Made by a program: the position numbers and the translations under genes | Notes under the pieces: generated by a model | Seen by the model: only the letters and a program-made list of their open reading frames with translations | Databases searched by the model: none | What the model was told of the DNA's origin: nothing | Source of the DNA: a virus | Taxonomy: Duplodnaviria > Caudoviricetes | Length of the DNA stretch: 63,628 nt | IMG/VR virus record: IMGVR_UViG_3300048554_000002 | Location: 1 to 63,628 of that record | Direction: 5' to 3' (one strand) | Part shown: positions 36,555 to 44,542 of the stretch, one piece after another | How the letters are laid out: every line of letters starts with the position of its first letter | Position numbering within the stretch: position 1 is the stretch's first letter

Positions 36555-37322
36555 ATGGCTATGGTTGCGAAGAAAACAGCAGGGGCACCCCTCGAAATAC
36601 ATACTGTCAAACAGGGGCGTATCAAACTGCGGATGGTTGGTCAGACACCGTTGTACTTTAATAGTATGGGCGCAAAAGCGTGGCGTGATCTGTTAGTGGG
36701 TGCAGGTAAAAAGACTGCGGCTGAAAAGAAAGAACTAAAACATAACCCCGAAAAAGAATTTAGGGAAAGTGTTTACACTAAGAAAACAGGAGACACGCTG
36801 TTGTGCTTCCCTGCGGCAGGGGTAAAGGGTGCTATGGCTACGGCTGCACTAGAAACGGCAGGGATCACTAAGACAAGTGTGCAGCGGCTAATATTTCTGC
36901 CCGAAAGCCATGTGCAGATTTGGGGCAAGCCGTATCTGAAGATGGACATTGTTCGGTCTGCGGATATGAATAAGACCCCCGATGTTCGTACCCGTGCGTA
37001 CCTACCCAACTGGTGCGCAGAGGTGGATATAAAGTTTGTTACACCAACGCTCAGTGCCATGGCTATCTCGTCATTGTTAATGAACGCAGGGATAATCGTG
37101 GGGCTTGGCGACTTCAGACAGGAGAAAGGTCGTGGCTCTTATGGCACGTTCTCTGTAACAGGTTCTGAGGATATGGGGGAACAACAGGCTATTTGGGATG
37201 ATATCACGCAAGAAGCGCGTGAGGTCCAAGAGATGGCATTAGAGTATCCCGAATGCGCTGATGAACAGACAGCGGAGCTTATGCAGTTCCTACAAGAAGA
37301 ACGGTTGCGTCGAGCAGCTTAA
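36555..37322 (+). CDS. Stand-alone Cas7/RAMP-superfamily-like RNA-binding protein
   Basis: RAMP-ordered motifs: first strand IKLRMVGQTPL, FPAAGVKGAMATAA (cf. IPGSSLKGALR), thumb region, W.AEVDIKF, and a C-terminal Gly-rich loop GLGDFRQEKGRGSYGTF. Confidence 0.75.
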   Translation: MAMVAKKTAGAPLEIHTVKQGRIKLRMVGQTPLYFNSMGAKAWRDLLVGAGKKTAAEKKELKHNPEKEFRESVYTKKTGDTLLCFPAAGVKGAMATAALETAGITKTSVQRLIFLPESHVQIWGKPYLKMDIVRSADMNKTPDVRTRAYLPNWCAEVDIKFVTPTLSAMAISSLLMNAGIIVGLGDFRQEKGRGSYGTFSVTGSEDMGEQQAIWDDITQEAREVQEMALEYPECADEQTAELMQFLQEERLRRAA

Positions 37323-37329
37323 ACGAAGA

Positions 37330-37349
37330 GGGGCGGTTAACGCCGCCCT
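37330..37349 (+). other. Hairpin at the 5' edge of the repeat array
   Basis: GGGGCGGT-TAAC-GCCGCCCT with no U-tract. Confidence 0.7.
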
Positions 37350-37362
37350 AATTCACGGATAA

Positions 37363-37700
37363 GGCGGTTATGGAGTGTTGGGGTTTGGTCCGTTGCGGTC
37401 AGTCGGGGCGGTCGAGGTGAGATGAGGTCTGATATGTTAAGGTCGGGCGGGGTTTGGTATGGCGGTCAAGGCGGTTGAGGCGCGGTGAGTTGGGTTAAGG
37501 CACGGACGGGCGTGGTACGGCAAGGCGGTCAAGGTGTGTTGTGTTCGGGTATGGCGAGCTACGGTGAGATATGGTCGGGTGAGGCGGTCGTGGTGCGTTC
37601 CGATGTGGCGCGTTCCGATGTGGCGCGGCCCGTTTGGGCGGTCTAGGTTGGGTGTGGCGCAGCGTGGTCCGATGTGGCGCGGTGTGGCACGACGAGACAG
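37363..37700 (+). ncRNA. Array of six putative guide-RNA units: GGCGGTY + (NN-GNY)n with strict 5-nt periodicity
   Basis: GGCGGTY at 37363, 37407, 37461, 37470, 37524, 37583 and 37637. Of 55 intervening triplets, 54 start with G, 53 end in Y and 32 are GGY. The NN positions vary freely. Confidence 0.85.
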
Positions 37701-37716
37701 CTAAACTAATGAGAAG

Positions 37717-37741
37717 GTGGTGGGCTGTAGTGGCCCACTAC
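37717..37741 (+). other. Hairpin at the 3' edge of the array
   Basis: GTGGTGGGC-N7-GCCCACTAC. Confidence 0.6.
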
Positions 37742-37770
37742 ATAAAAATAAATTTACTGGAGAACTAAAT

Positions 37771-38274
37771 ATGGCTAATTTTTCTAAGAAAACAAAGCAG
37801 CGTATCATTGACGATTACCTGCATAAAACAGGCGCGAACATGTTTGTGCCCTCAGAGTTTGTCGATTGGTTAGCAGGGCAACCAGAACATGAGGCTTACC
37901 CTGCGTTCTACGAGATGGATGATGCAGAAGCAGCGCGTCAATTCCGTATTCAAATGGCACGTCAGATGGCATCTGGTTTGCGTATCGTTGCGAAGACAGA
38001 AGAAGTCGAAAGCTCGGTGGTTTCTATCAAGGTGGCAGAATACCCTGCGTATATATCCCCTGTGTCTAAAAGGCGTGATGGTGGTGGGTATGAACCGTTT
38101 GATCCTAGTGATGAAACTGCGCAATCTGAGTTACGTAGGCAGGCAGGCACAAGTCTAGCTGCGTGGTTGGAGCGGTTCCGCGGCTGCGCTGAACATATAG
38201 GGGTGGATGTCACTCCATTGGAAGATATCGTGCGTGTATTACGTGACGAAAAAGACGAAGCGGTGGAGGCATAA
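37771..38274 (+). CDS. Hypothetical protein, probable partner of the RAMP-like protein and array
   Basis: Start at MANFSKK after RBS GGAG, with motif HEAYPAFYEMDDAEAARQFRIQMARQ. Confidence 0.75.
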   Translation: MANFSKKTKQRIIDDYLHKTGANMFVPSEFVDWLAGQPEHEAYPAFYEMDDAEAARQFRIQMARQMASGLRIVAKTEEVESSVVSIKVAEYPAYISPVSKRRDGGGYEPFDPSDETAQSELRRQAGTSLAAWLERFRGCAEHIGVDVTPLEDIVRVLRDEKDEAVEA

Positions 38275-38715
38275 ATGGCTAAGAAAGGATCGCCGTACGC
38301 GGATAAGATATGGGCGTACAAGATAAAACATCCTACAGCGAAAGCTAGGGAAATCGCGGACGCGACTAACACATCTTATGGGTACGTCTATAAACTTCTA
38401 AAGAAGATCGGCACACCAGACGAAGTGTTTGAAAAGGAAGCGCGTAGGGTCACGCGTGGGCAGGTGCTAGATACCGCCAAAGAATATGTGACCAAAGATC
38501 GTGCGGCTGACCATGGCAACATGGAAGATAACTTCAGCACCATAGGCAAGTATTGGTCGGTGCATCTAGGTGTGGATGTAAGTGCCACAGATGTAGCTGT
38601 GATGATGACGTTGTTGAAAGCTGCACGTATAAAGTCGAACCCGTCACATCCAGACAACTGGGTAGACGCATGTGGTTACATGGCATGTGGTGGCGAGATA
38701 GTGGGTAAGGTCTGA
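38275..38715 (+). CDS. HTH plus DUF6378-like protein
   Basis: N-terminal AREIADATNTSYGYV, then R..DHG...NF..I...W...DNWVD.CGY. Confidence 0.75.
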   Translation: MAKKGSPYADKIWAYKIKHPTAKAREIADATNTSYGYVYKLLKKIGTPDEVFEKEARRVTRGQVLDTAKEYVTKDRAADHGNMEDNFSTIGKYWSVHLGVDVSATDVAVMMTLLKAARIKSNPSHPDNWVDACGYMACGGEIVGKV

Positions 38716-40544
38716 TGGACCTAATCACGTTAGATTTTGAAACCTATTACGACAGGGATTATTCTCTGTCTAAATTAACAACAGAAGCCTACGTCCGTGA
38801 TCCTCGTTTTGAGGTGATCGGCGTGGCTGTCAAAGTAAATAATGGAGAAACGGAGTGGGCTAGTGGAACGCATGAACAACTTAAACGATACCTTGGAGCC
38901 TTCCACTGGGAAGAAGCTATGGTACTTTGCCATAATACTATGTTTGATGGTGCCATTCTTAATTGGCATTTTGATATTCGTCCTCGGATGTATACCGATA
39001 CTTTGTGTATCGCCCGTGCTTTACATGGGACTGAAGCTCGCGCAAGTCTCGCGGCGTTATCTGAAAGGTACAATCTCGGCACTAAGGGGACAGAGGTCGT
39101 ACGTGCCCTCGGGAAAAGGCGTGGAGATTTTGGACCCGTAGATTTAGCGGAGTACGGCGACTACTGTATCAATGACGTGGACCTCACCTATAAACTTTTT
39201 AGTAGGATGGCCCGACAGTTCCCCAAGCAGGAGCTACGTTTGATAGACGCCACCCTGCGTATGTTTACCGAACCTACTTTGGACTTAGACCGTGGCTTGT
39301 TGCAGTCGCACCTTCAAGATGTGAAAGATCGCAAGGCCAAACTGCTGACTGATGCAGGGGTAGAAGATAAGAAAGACCTTATGTCCAACCCGAAGTTCGC
39401 GGAGTTGTTGAAAGGGTTTGGGGTCAAGCCCCCGATGAAGACGAGCCTGACCACAGGCAAAGAAACATTCGCGTTTGCCAAGAACGACGAAGCGTTCAAA
39501 CAGTTGTTAGAACATGAGGATGATCGTGTGCAGTCGCTAGTAGCGGCGCGTCTTGGTAGTAAGTCTACGCTAGAAGAAACACGGACCCAAAGGTTTATCG
39601 ACATCTCAAACCGTGGGCTTCTGCCTGTCCCTGTAAGATATTATGCTGCGCATACTGGACGGTGGGGTGGCGACGATAAGATCAATCTGCAAAACCTACC
39701 GAGCCGTGGGCCAAACGGTAAGAAGCTAAAGCAAAGCCTTATCGCACCCGAAGGACATTCGTTGATAGACTGCGACAGTTCACAGATTGAAGCGCGTGTA
39801 TTGGCGTGGCTTGCAGGGCAAGATGATCTGACCCAACAGTTCGCGGATGGCGAGGACGTATACAAGTACATGGCGTCCAGTATCTATAACGTGCCAGTAG
39901 ACGGGGTGAGCAAAGACCAGAGATTTGTGGGTAAGACTACAATTCTTGGCGCAGGTTACGGTATGGGTGCCGTTAAGTTCCAAGCACAGCTACAGGGCAT
40001 GGGTGTCTACATAGACTTAGAAGAAGCACGGCGCATCATACAAGTATACCGCGATGCCAACGGCGCAATCAGTTCCTTGTGGCGAGCCGCGAACAACATG
40101 GTGCAGTATATGCAGCGTGGGGATACCCTAAACTTTGGGCGCGAGGGCGTGTTAAAGGTGGACGCATCTACCAGCTCAATAATCTTACCTTCTGGCCTAC
40201 CTATGTTTTATCATGGGTTAGCCGCAGAGCAGGGCGAACGTGGCCCCGAGTACACATACAAAACGCGCAGAGGCGCAAAGCGTATATACGGTGGTAAGGT
40301 GGTGGAGAACGTGTGCCAAGCTATTGCACGTTGTATCATAGGACATCAAATGTTACTTATTGCCAAGAGATACAAAGTTGTGCTAACTGTACATGACAGT
40401 ATTGTGGCCTGTGTAACCGACGAGGAGTTGGATGAAGCGCAAGCATATGTCGAAGAATGTATGAGCCAAACACCTAAGTGGGCTGATGGATTACCGATCA
40501 CATGTGAAAGCGGAACAGGCAAATCATATGGAGAATGTGAGTGA
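38715..40544 (+). CDS. polA: DNA polymerase family A with 3'-5' exonuclease
   Basis: Exonuclease motifs LDFET, HNTMFD and YCINDV. TGRW, motif A DSSQIEARV, motif B R..GKTTILGAGYG, motif C VHDS. Confidence 0.95.
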   Translation: MDLITLDFETYYDRDYSLSKLTTEAYVRDPRFEVIGVAVKVNNGETEWASGTHEQLKRYLGAFHWEEAMVLCHNTMFDGAILNWHFDIRPRMYTDTLCIARALHGTEARASLAALSERYNLGTKGTEVVRALGKRRGDFGPVDLAEYGDYCINDVDLTYKLFSRMARQFPKQELRLIDATLRMFTEPTLDLDRGLLQSHLQDVKDRKAKLLTDAGVEDKKDLMSNPKFAELLKGFGVKPPMKTSLTTGKETFAFAKNDEAFKQLLEHEDDRVQSLVAARLGSKSTLEETRTQRFIDISNRGLLPVPVRYYAAHTGRWGGDDKINLQNLPSRGPNGKKLKQSLIAPEGHSLIDCDSSQIEARVLAWLAGQDDLTQQFADGEDVYKYMASSIYNVPVDGVSKDQRFVGKTTILGAGYGMGAVKFQAQLQGMGVYIDLEEARRIIQVYRDANGAISSLWRAANNMVQYMQRGDTLNFGREGVLKVDASTSSIILPSGLPMFYHGLAAEQGERGPEYTYKTRRGAKRIYGGKVVENVCQAIARCIIGHQMLLIAKRYKVVLTVHDSIVACVTDEELDEAQAYVEECMSQTPKWADGLPITCESGTGKSYGECE

Positions 40545-41209
40545 CAAAAGTATGGCCGTGGTCCTTCAGTAAGATCAAAGACTTTGAGCAATGCCCGAAG
40601 CAGTATTACCACAAACACGTCTTGAAAGAGGTGCCGTTCGTGCAGACCGAGGCTATACTATATGGCAACGAGTTCCATAAGATGGCCGAAGACTTCATTG
40701 GTAAAGATACACCTGTACCCGCGAAGTTCAGCTATGCGAAGAAAGCCCTAACATCTTTGAAGAACAGGCAGGGCGAGAAACTATGCGAGATAAAGATGGG
40801 CCTGACGGAAAACCTAGAGGCTTGTGACTTCTACGCCTCTGACGTTTGGTTTCGCGGTATTGCTGACCTAGTAATACTGGACGATGAAGTAGCCACCGTT
40901 GTGGACTACAAGACAGGCAAATCCGCTAAGTATGCAGACAAAGGGCAGCTAGAGTTGATGGCCCTTGCACTGATGGCGCGGTATCCGCAGGTCAAGAAGG
41001 TACGCGCTGCATTACTATTTGTAGTTTGTAATGACTTGGTAAAAGATACTTACATGGAGTATGATAAGTCCAAGCTGTGGGAGAAGTGGCTCGGTAAGTA
41101 TGGGCAGATGGAAACCGCAGCAAAAGAAGACATGTGGAACGCACGACCTAACGGATTGTGTAAGCGATACTGTCCTATCATTGAATGTGTCCATAACGGA
41201 GCCAACTGA
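40541..41209 (+). CDS. PD-(D/E)xK Cas4/RecB-like exonuclease
   Basis: SFSK..FEQCP, G..H, GIADL, DYKTG, QL, and a C-terminal C...C...C cluster. Confidence 0.88.
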   Translation: MTKVWPWSFSKIKDFEQCPKQYYHKHVLKEVPFVQTEAILYGNEFHKMAEDFIGKDTPVPAKFSYAKKALTSLKNRQGEKLCEIKMGLTENLEACDFYASDVWFRGIADLVILDDEVATVVDYKTGKSAKYADKGQLELMALALMARYPQVKKVRAALLFVVCNDLVKDTYMEYDKSKLWEKWLGKYGQMETAAKEDMWNARPNGLCKRYCPIIECVHNGAN

Positions 41210-41478
41210 TGCCATATAAAAACCCCAAAGACCGCCCCAAACAAAAGAACAAACCTGTCGGTAGCAAACCATTTGAAGCTCGAATGGAACGCCAACGTGC
41301 TCGTCGTGCTATGGACAAGAAGGGTGTGGATAAAAACAAGAACGGTAAAGCTGATAAACGCGAAGGCAAAGATATCAGCCACAAGAAAGCCTTGTCGAAA
41401 GGCGGTTCTAATAAAGACGGTGTAACAATCGAAAGCCGCAGCAAGAACCGCGCACGGAACTACAAGAAGAAAAAGTAA
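41209..41478 (+). CDS. Small HNH-like protein
   Basis: GKDISHKKALSKGGSN...SRSKNRARN. Confidence 0.65.
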   Translation: MPYKNPKDRPKQKNKPVGSKPFEARMERQRARRAMDKKGVDKNKNGKADKREGKDISHKKALSKGGSNKDGVTIESRSKNRARNYKKKK

Positions 41479-41506
41479 TTCGGGCAACTGCCCGAAAGGA
41501 GAACAC

Positions 41507-43042
41507 ATGCGAATAGTGGATGGTAAGGCGCTGCTGCTCAAGCTGCGCAACCCAAAACGTGTCACTGAAACGATACCAAAAAGCAGGCCAGTGCAGGACC
41601 ATGAAGTCTTGGTCAAGTGGGGTATAGACGAAGCGCATACCCTGCGTAAGTTGAACATAAATGTGCCATCACCTATTAACGGTAGGTACACATGGACAGG
41701 CAAATATGCACCGTTCGACCACCAGAAGAAGACCGCGGCCTTCCTGACTATGAACCCGAAAGCGTTTTGTTTTAACGAGCAAGGTACAGGTAAGACTGCC
41801 TCGGCTATCTGGGCAGCGGACTACCTAATGAAGCAGGGCAAGGTCAAACGTGTTTTGGTCATCTGCCCCCTTTCCATTATGGATAGCGCATGGCGCGAAG
41901 ACTTGTTTACCTTTGCGCCGCACCGTAGTGTGTCGATAGCCCATGGTGCATCGAAGAAACGCCGCGAGATTATCCAGCAAGGTTCCGAGTTTGTCATAAT
42001 AAACTATGACGGTGTTGAAATCGTAGCGGACGATATAGTCAACGGTGGGTTTGATCTGGTCATTGTGGATGAAGCTACACACTACAAGAACGCGCAGTCC
42101 AAACGATGGAAGGTGCTGAACAAGCTAGTGGGTGACGATACTTGGCTGTGGATGATGACAGGTACACCTGCCGCGCAGTCGCCGTTAGACGCGTACGGTC
42201 TAGCCAAACTTATTGACCCACAATCTGTGCCAAGGTTCTTTGGGTCTTTCCGCGATATGGTTATGACGAAGGTTACGCAGTTTAGGTGGGTGGTCAAACC
42301 TACCGCATCGGACCTTGTGTTTAATATATTACAGCCTGCCATACGGTTCACCAAAGAAGAATGTCTTGACCTACCCGACATGACGTACACGAACCGACAC
42401 GTTGAGCTTACCCGACAACAGAAGAAATACTACAACACGCTCAAGAAAAGCATGACCATGACTGTGGGTGACGATGAGGTAACCGCTATGAACGCGGCGA
42501 TCATTATGAACAAGCTACTGCAAATATCTGCAGGGGCAGTCTACACCGACGAAGGTGATACGTTGGAGTTCGACATCAAGCATAGATATAAAGTGCTGAA
42601 AGAAGTCGTAGATGAGAGCAGTCAAAAGGTGTTGGTGTTTGTACCGTTCAAACACACCATTGACATACTAACAGATAAGTTGCGTAATGACGGGATATCT
42701 ACGGAAGTAATACGGGGGGACGTGCCCGTAGCCAAACGGACCGATATATTTAAGCGGTTCCAGAATACCCCCGATCCAAGGGTGCTAGTCATCCAACCGC
42801 AGTCGGCAGCACATGGTGTTACGTTAACAGCAGCCAACACTGTGGTGTGGTGGGGGCCAACGTCTTCACTAGAAACATACGCCCAAGCTAACGCTAGGGT
42901 TCATAGGTCAGGTCAGAAGCACCGTTGTACAGTCGTGCAGCTACAAGGTTCTGCCGTGGAAAAGCGTATTTATTCACTATTGAATAACAGAATAGACGTA
43001 CACACAAAAATGATCGACCTTTACAAAGAATTACTTGACTAG
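41507..43042 (+). CDS. SNF2-family (SF2) helicase
   Basis: GTGKT, DEAT, MTGTP and QANARVHRSGQ motifs. Confidence 0.92.
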   Translation: MRIVDGKALLLKLRNPKRVTETIPKSRPVQDHEVLVKWGIDEAHTLRKLNINVPSPINGRYTWTGKYAPFDHQKKTAAFLTMNPKAFCFNEQGTGKTASAIWAADYLMKQGKVKRVLVICPLSIMDSAWREDLFTFAPHRSVSIAHGASKKRREIIQQGSEFVIINYDGVEIVADDIVNGGFDLVIVDEATHYKNAQSKRWKVLNKLVGDDTWLWMMTGTPAAQSPLDAYGLAKLIDPQSVPRFFGSFRDMVMTKVTQFRWVVKPTASDLVFNILQPAIRFTKEECLDLPDMTYTNRHVELTRQQKKYYNTLKKSMTMTVGDDEVTAMNAAIIMNKLLQISAGAVYTDEGDTLEFDIKHRYKVLKEVVDESSQKVLVFVPFKHTIDILTDKLRNDGISTEVIRGDVPVAKRTDIFKRFQNTPDPRVLVIQPQSAAHGVTLTAANTVVWWGPTSSLETYAQANARVHRSGQKHRCTVVQLQGSAVEKRIYSLLNNRIDVHTKMIDLYKELLD

Positions 43043-43063
43043 GTTACATTTAACAACTAAAGT
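43035..43063 (+). promoter_or_regulatory. Possible sigma70-type promoter
   Basis: TTGACT-N17-TAAAGT upstream of RBS AGGAG. Confidence 0.45.
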
Positions 43064-43091
43064 GTAATTCTCGTTAATTAGGAGAACGCAT

Positions 43092-43493
43092 ATGGAGGAT
43101 ACATCCGACATCCCTGCAGATAAGCTAACCAAAGCCTACATAAAGATACGGGCAAAAAGAGCGGAGCTATCTGCACGGTACAAAGAAGAAGATGGAGTGT
43201 TGGTACGCCAACAGGAAATCTTGAAGAATGCGCTATTAGACTACTGTGAGAACCACAATGTTGAAAGCGTTAGAACCTCTGAAGGTTTGTTTTTTCGGTC
43301 TAGTAAAACCAAGTATTGGACCAGTGATTGGGAACAAATGTACGGTTTCATCAAAGAGCATGATGTACCTGAGTTCCTAGATAAGCGGTTGAACCAGACC
43401 AACATCAAACAATTTTTGGAGGAAAACCCAGACGTTATGCCTAAAGGCATGAACGTAGACACCGAGTACGTCATATCAGTAAGGAAAAAATAA
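43092..43493 (+). CDS. Phage replication-module hypothetical protein
   Basis: 133 aa with coiled N-terminus and SVRT..G...DWE....FI motif. Confidence 0.75.
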   Translation: MEDTSDIPADKLTKAYIKIRAKRAELSARYKEEDGVLVRQQEILKNALLDYCENHNVESVRTSEGLFFRSSKTKYWTSDWEQMYGFIKEHDVPEFLDKRLNQTNIKQFLEENPDVMPKGMNVDTEYVISVRKK

Positions 43494-43750
43494 TGGCAGA
43501 ACCATTTGTACCAATAGAGGATTTGGCAAAGCATTTTGCAGTGTCCATTTCTACTATCCGTGCGTGGGTACGGCAGGGGCATATCCCTAAGTCCACGTAC
43601 ATTAAGATCGGTAACACATACCGCTTTAATAAAACTTCTGTAACCGCAGCCTTAACAGGTAAGGCCAAGGAAGAAGAACAGGCCGAGATACGCAACGAGC
43701 CTGTAGAAGAACAGCTAGAATTTGATTTCGATGCTGATGTAGACGTATAG
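43493..43750 (+). CDS. Excisionase/MerR-like HTH DNA-binding protein
   Basis: IEDLAKHFAVSISTIRAWVRQGHIP...KIG..YRF. Confidence 0.8.
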   Translation: MAEPFVPIEDLAKHFAVSISTIRAWVRQGHIPKSTYIKIGNTYRFNKTSVTAALTGKAKEEEQAEIRNEPVEEQLEFDFDADVDV

Positions 43751-43769
43751 TCAGAAAAGGAGAACGACA

Positions 43770-44483
43770 TTGGCTGATACATATATAATTGAGGGCGTTG
43801 AAGCTCTATGGCCGCGCATAGACCAAACCTATGCGTTTGATAAAAAGGTTAACCGCAGTATGCCTTGCGGTCCGCGTGACACTAACGCGGAATTTTCTAT
43901 CCAGTTTCGTATGGATAGCACTGCGGCGAAGGCTTTGTTCAAGGCTATGAGCGCAAGCTACATGGCAAACCGCGAGGACAAGTGGGCAGAGAAACTATCT
44001 AATCCGTTCGTAAAGGATGATAACGGTACATATACGCATAAAGCCACGTTGAAGGGCGCGTATAATGGTCAGGCAACCGATAAGCCTGCTCAGTACGATT
44101 CACAGGGTAACGGGTTAGCAGAAGACTTTCAGTTGACCACTGGCAGTACGGTTAACATCGCCGTGAAGTTGGTGCCATATGACTTTGGGGGAAACCAAAG
44201 CGTGTCACTAAGGCTGAACGCTGTGCAGGTTATTAAGTACCTTCCGATGGAACGTGCCAACCCGTTCGGTACAGTGGATGGTGGTTTTGTGGCAGAAGAC
44301 CCAAACCCATTCAAAGAGAAGCCCAAGTCAAACAACGTGTTGGAAATGAAGCCCACCACAGATGACGATGATGGGTTTGACGAAGAGCCAGTAAAAAAGA
44401 CTGTAAAGAAAGCAGCGGTAAACTCTCCGTCAAGCGGTGATCTCAACGACATTGTGGATAGCATGTTCGACGACGACGATTAA
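43770..44483 (+). CDS. Single-stranded DNA-binding protein (T7 gp2.5-like)
   Basis: TTG start after AGGAG, GSTVNI...VSLRLNAVQVI motif, acidic tail ending MFDDDD. Confidence 0.75.
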   Translation: MADTYIIEGVEALWPRIDQTYAFDKKVNRSMPCGPRDTNAEFSIQFRMDSTAAKALFKAMSASYMANREDKWAEKLSNPFVKDDNGTYTHKATLKGAYNGQATDKPAQYDSQGNGLAEDFQLTTGSTVNIAVKLVPYDFGGNQSVSLRLNAVQVIKYLPMERANPFGTVDGGFVAEDPNPFKEKPKSNNVLEMKPTTDDDDGFDEEPVKKTVKKAAVNSPSSGDLNDIVDSMFDDDD

Positions 44484-44491
44484 AACAAAAC

Positions 44492-44517
44492 GCCACGGTT
44501 ACTACGGTAGCCGTGGT
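44492..44517. terminator. Stable hairpin between SSB and primase (terminator or attenuator)
   Basis: GCCACGGTTAC-TACG-GTAGCCGTGGT, A-rich on the 5' side. Confidence 0.55.
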
Positions 44518-44542
44518 TACTCTTATGGTATGAGTGGTAGTA

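Larger units (their letters stand above)
26420..41496. repeat. Dispersed 18-bp palindrome TTCGGGCA-NN-TGCCCGAA, 11 copies
   Basis: Copies start at 26420, 27247, 27391, 27501, 27945, 28500, 29618, 30745, 33248, 35504 and 41479. All are intergenic and only the central NN varies. Confidence 0.95.

Noticed and set aside
37363-37700. G-rich tract as protein-coding, simple microsatellite or G-quadruplex
   Set aside because: The period is 5, not 3, and the ORF track has no ORF within the tract. Variation is confined to two of five positions with regular heptamer delimiters, and many triplets are GTT or GAT, which break G-runs.
40541-41209. Cas4-like gene as evidence of a CRISPR-Cas locus
   Set aside because: Solo Cas4-like nucleases next to PolA and helicase are common in phage replication modules, and there is no cas1 or cas2. 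A role in guide acquisition cannot be excluded but has no support here.
43493-43750. Excisionase-like gene as proof of lysogeny
   Set aside because: No integrase, att site or host flanks were seen. Such HTH genes are common in replication modules.
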